A stretch of 29,106 bases of DNA from positions 1 through 29,106 of the forward strand of contig JBKHVI010000037.1 in assembly GCA_046570105.1 (NCBI GenBank), given 5' to 3'. Positions 28,167 to 29,106 of this stretch are shown here, piece by piece (position 1 is the stretch's first letter; each line of letters starts with the position of its first letter). Below the pieces are notes generated by a model. It was not told the DNA's origin. It saw only the letters and a list, made by a program, of their open reading frames with translations, and made no database searches. The DNA is from Bacteriovoracia bacterium (GTDB lineage Bacteria; Bdellovibrionota; Bacteriovoracia; Bacteriovoracales; Bacteriovoracaceae). Both the position numbers and the translations under genes were made by a program.

Positions 28167-29022
28167 ATGAGTAGAATCCACGTTTAGTTTTTTTGCCAAA
28201 GCGGCCCAAATCGACCATCTTTTTTTGTAAAGGGTGAGGCGTAAAACGGGCATTTTTTCCGAGTGCTTCCCACACAGAGGAAGTAACGGCGTAATTGATA
28301 TCGACTCCAATCAGATCCATTAACTCAAAAGGGCCCATCTTAAATCCACCCACTTCACGCATCAATTTATCTACTTCTTTGCAATGAGCTTCATTTTCAT
28401 CCTCCACGATGCGTAAAGCTTCACCGTAAAAACTACGCGCCACTCGATTCACAATAAATCCTGGAGTGTCGGCGCAAAGAGCAGGCTCTTTCTTTTGTTC
28501 AGCAAACCAAGCGTAGAGATCTTCCGTCAGTTTGGCTTCGGTCTCTTGACCTTTGATGACTTCGACCAATTTCATAAGAGTTGCAGGATTAAAAAAATGA
28601 AGTCCTACGAAACGTTTTTGTCTTTCGGGACTGACCGCTTCAGCGAGTTGAGTAATAGGAAAGCTCGAGGTATTGCTGGCAAAAATAGTATCACCAGAAA
28701 AATGCTTATCTAGATTCGTGAATAGCGTCTTTTTGATTTCTAGATTTTCAATAATAGCTTCAATTACGAGGGTGGTGTCAGAAGGCAGGGTTTTGATGTC
28801 ACGTGATTCCAGTAGTTGTTTCATCTGAGAGACTTGGCATGAAGTGAGTTTTTCTTTCTCTACCAACTTGTCCCAGGAAAGATGAATTTGAGAGAGTGCT
28901 TTCTTGGTTTGCTCAGAATTATTGTCACATAAAACAGTAGGAATCATTTGCTGAGCAAACCACTGAGCAATACCAGCACCCATTGTTCCTGCGCCAATCA
29001 CTACGACAGAGTTGAGCTTCAT
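28159..29022 (-). CDS. paaH: 3-hydroxyacyl-CoA dehydrogenase (PaaH/Hbd-like)
   Basis: GAGTMGAGIA Rossmann motif, EAIIENLEIK, ASNTSS, GLHFFNPA, GFIVNR, GPFELMDLIG, GKKTKRGFY. Confidence 0.88.
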   Translation of the reverse strand: MKLNSVVVIGAGTMGAGIAQWFAQQMIPTVLCDNNSEQTKKALSQIHLSWDKLVEKEKLTSCQVSQMKQLLESRDIKTLPSDTTLVIEAIIENLEIKKTLFTNLDKHFSGDTIFASNTSSFPITQLAEAVSPERQKRFVGLHFFNPATLMKLVEVIKGQETEAKLTEDLYAWFAEQKKEPALCADTPGFIVNRVARSFYGEALRIVEDENEAHCKEVDKLMREVGGFKMGPFELMDLIGVDINYAVTSSVWEALGKNARFTPHPLQKKMVDLGRFGKKTKRGFYSYE

Positions 29023-29106
29023 CTATTCGCCCTTAAACTGCGGGGCACGCTTTCCGACAAAAGCTGCGACTCCTTCGGCATAGTCTTTACTAAAACCTAA
29101 AAAGCG
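29023..29106 (-). CDS. C-terminus of an enoyl-CoA hydratase/isomerase (PaaG-like), truncated by the window edge
   Basis: Reads RFLGFSKDYAEGVAAFVGKRAPQFKGE*, a crotonase-family C-terminal signature; the stop abuts the next ATG. Confidence 0.85.
   Translation of the reverse strand, partial: RFLGFSKDYAEGVAAFVGKRAPQFKGE

Noticed and set aside
28188..28194. A7 run as a programmed frameshift fusing the two PaaH halves
   Set aside because: A +1 shift would remove the conserved RGFY end of the first domain; the start/stop overlap is explained by translational coupling.
92..28713. Many short (60-141 aa) alternative-frame and antisense ORFs in the ORF track
   Set aside because: They lie within well-supported genes and have no recognisable motifs; treated as shadow ORFs.
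1..29106. CRISPR arrays, tRNA/rRNA genes, IS elements, prophage or defence genes
   Set aside because: All intergenic gaps are under 300 nt with no repeat-spacer or cloverleaf pattern, and no ORF shows transposase, integrase or phage motifs.

Overview
A gene-dense bacterial chromosomal segment, probably from a predatory Bdellovibrionota (Bacteriovoracia-like) genome. That assignment is inferred from the short 277-aa flagellin, the Cys-rich secreted hypothetical proteins and a degenerate HD-GYP-type protein. Housekeeping blocks are sucC-sucD-ndk, carD-gltX-cysS, a minus-strand pyrB-carA-carB-pyrF-pyrE-lysA operon, uvrB with two downstream genes, a flagellin, and a paaG/paaH-like acyl-CoA cluster at the right edge. 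Accessory elements are a three-gene secreted operon (two paralogous Cys-rich HExxHxxGxxD zinc metalloproteases flanking a small secreted protein), a secreted protein with a predicted disulfide-stapled hairpin, a beta-propeller lipoprotein and an outer-membrane beta-barrel. Most notable: (1) the pyr operon looks Bacillota-like, has no adjacent pyrR, and carries a structured, very pyrimidine-rich leader with a 50-codon uORF and an anti-Shine-Dalgarno, a candidate undescribed pyrimidine-sensing control element; (2) the twin-metalloprotease operon; (3) a sigma28 promoter and CsrA-type hairpins on the flagellin leader; (4) two apparently leaderless genes. I saw no tRNA, rRNA, CRISPR array or mobile element.
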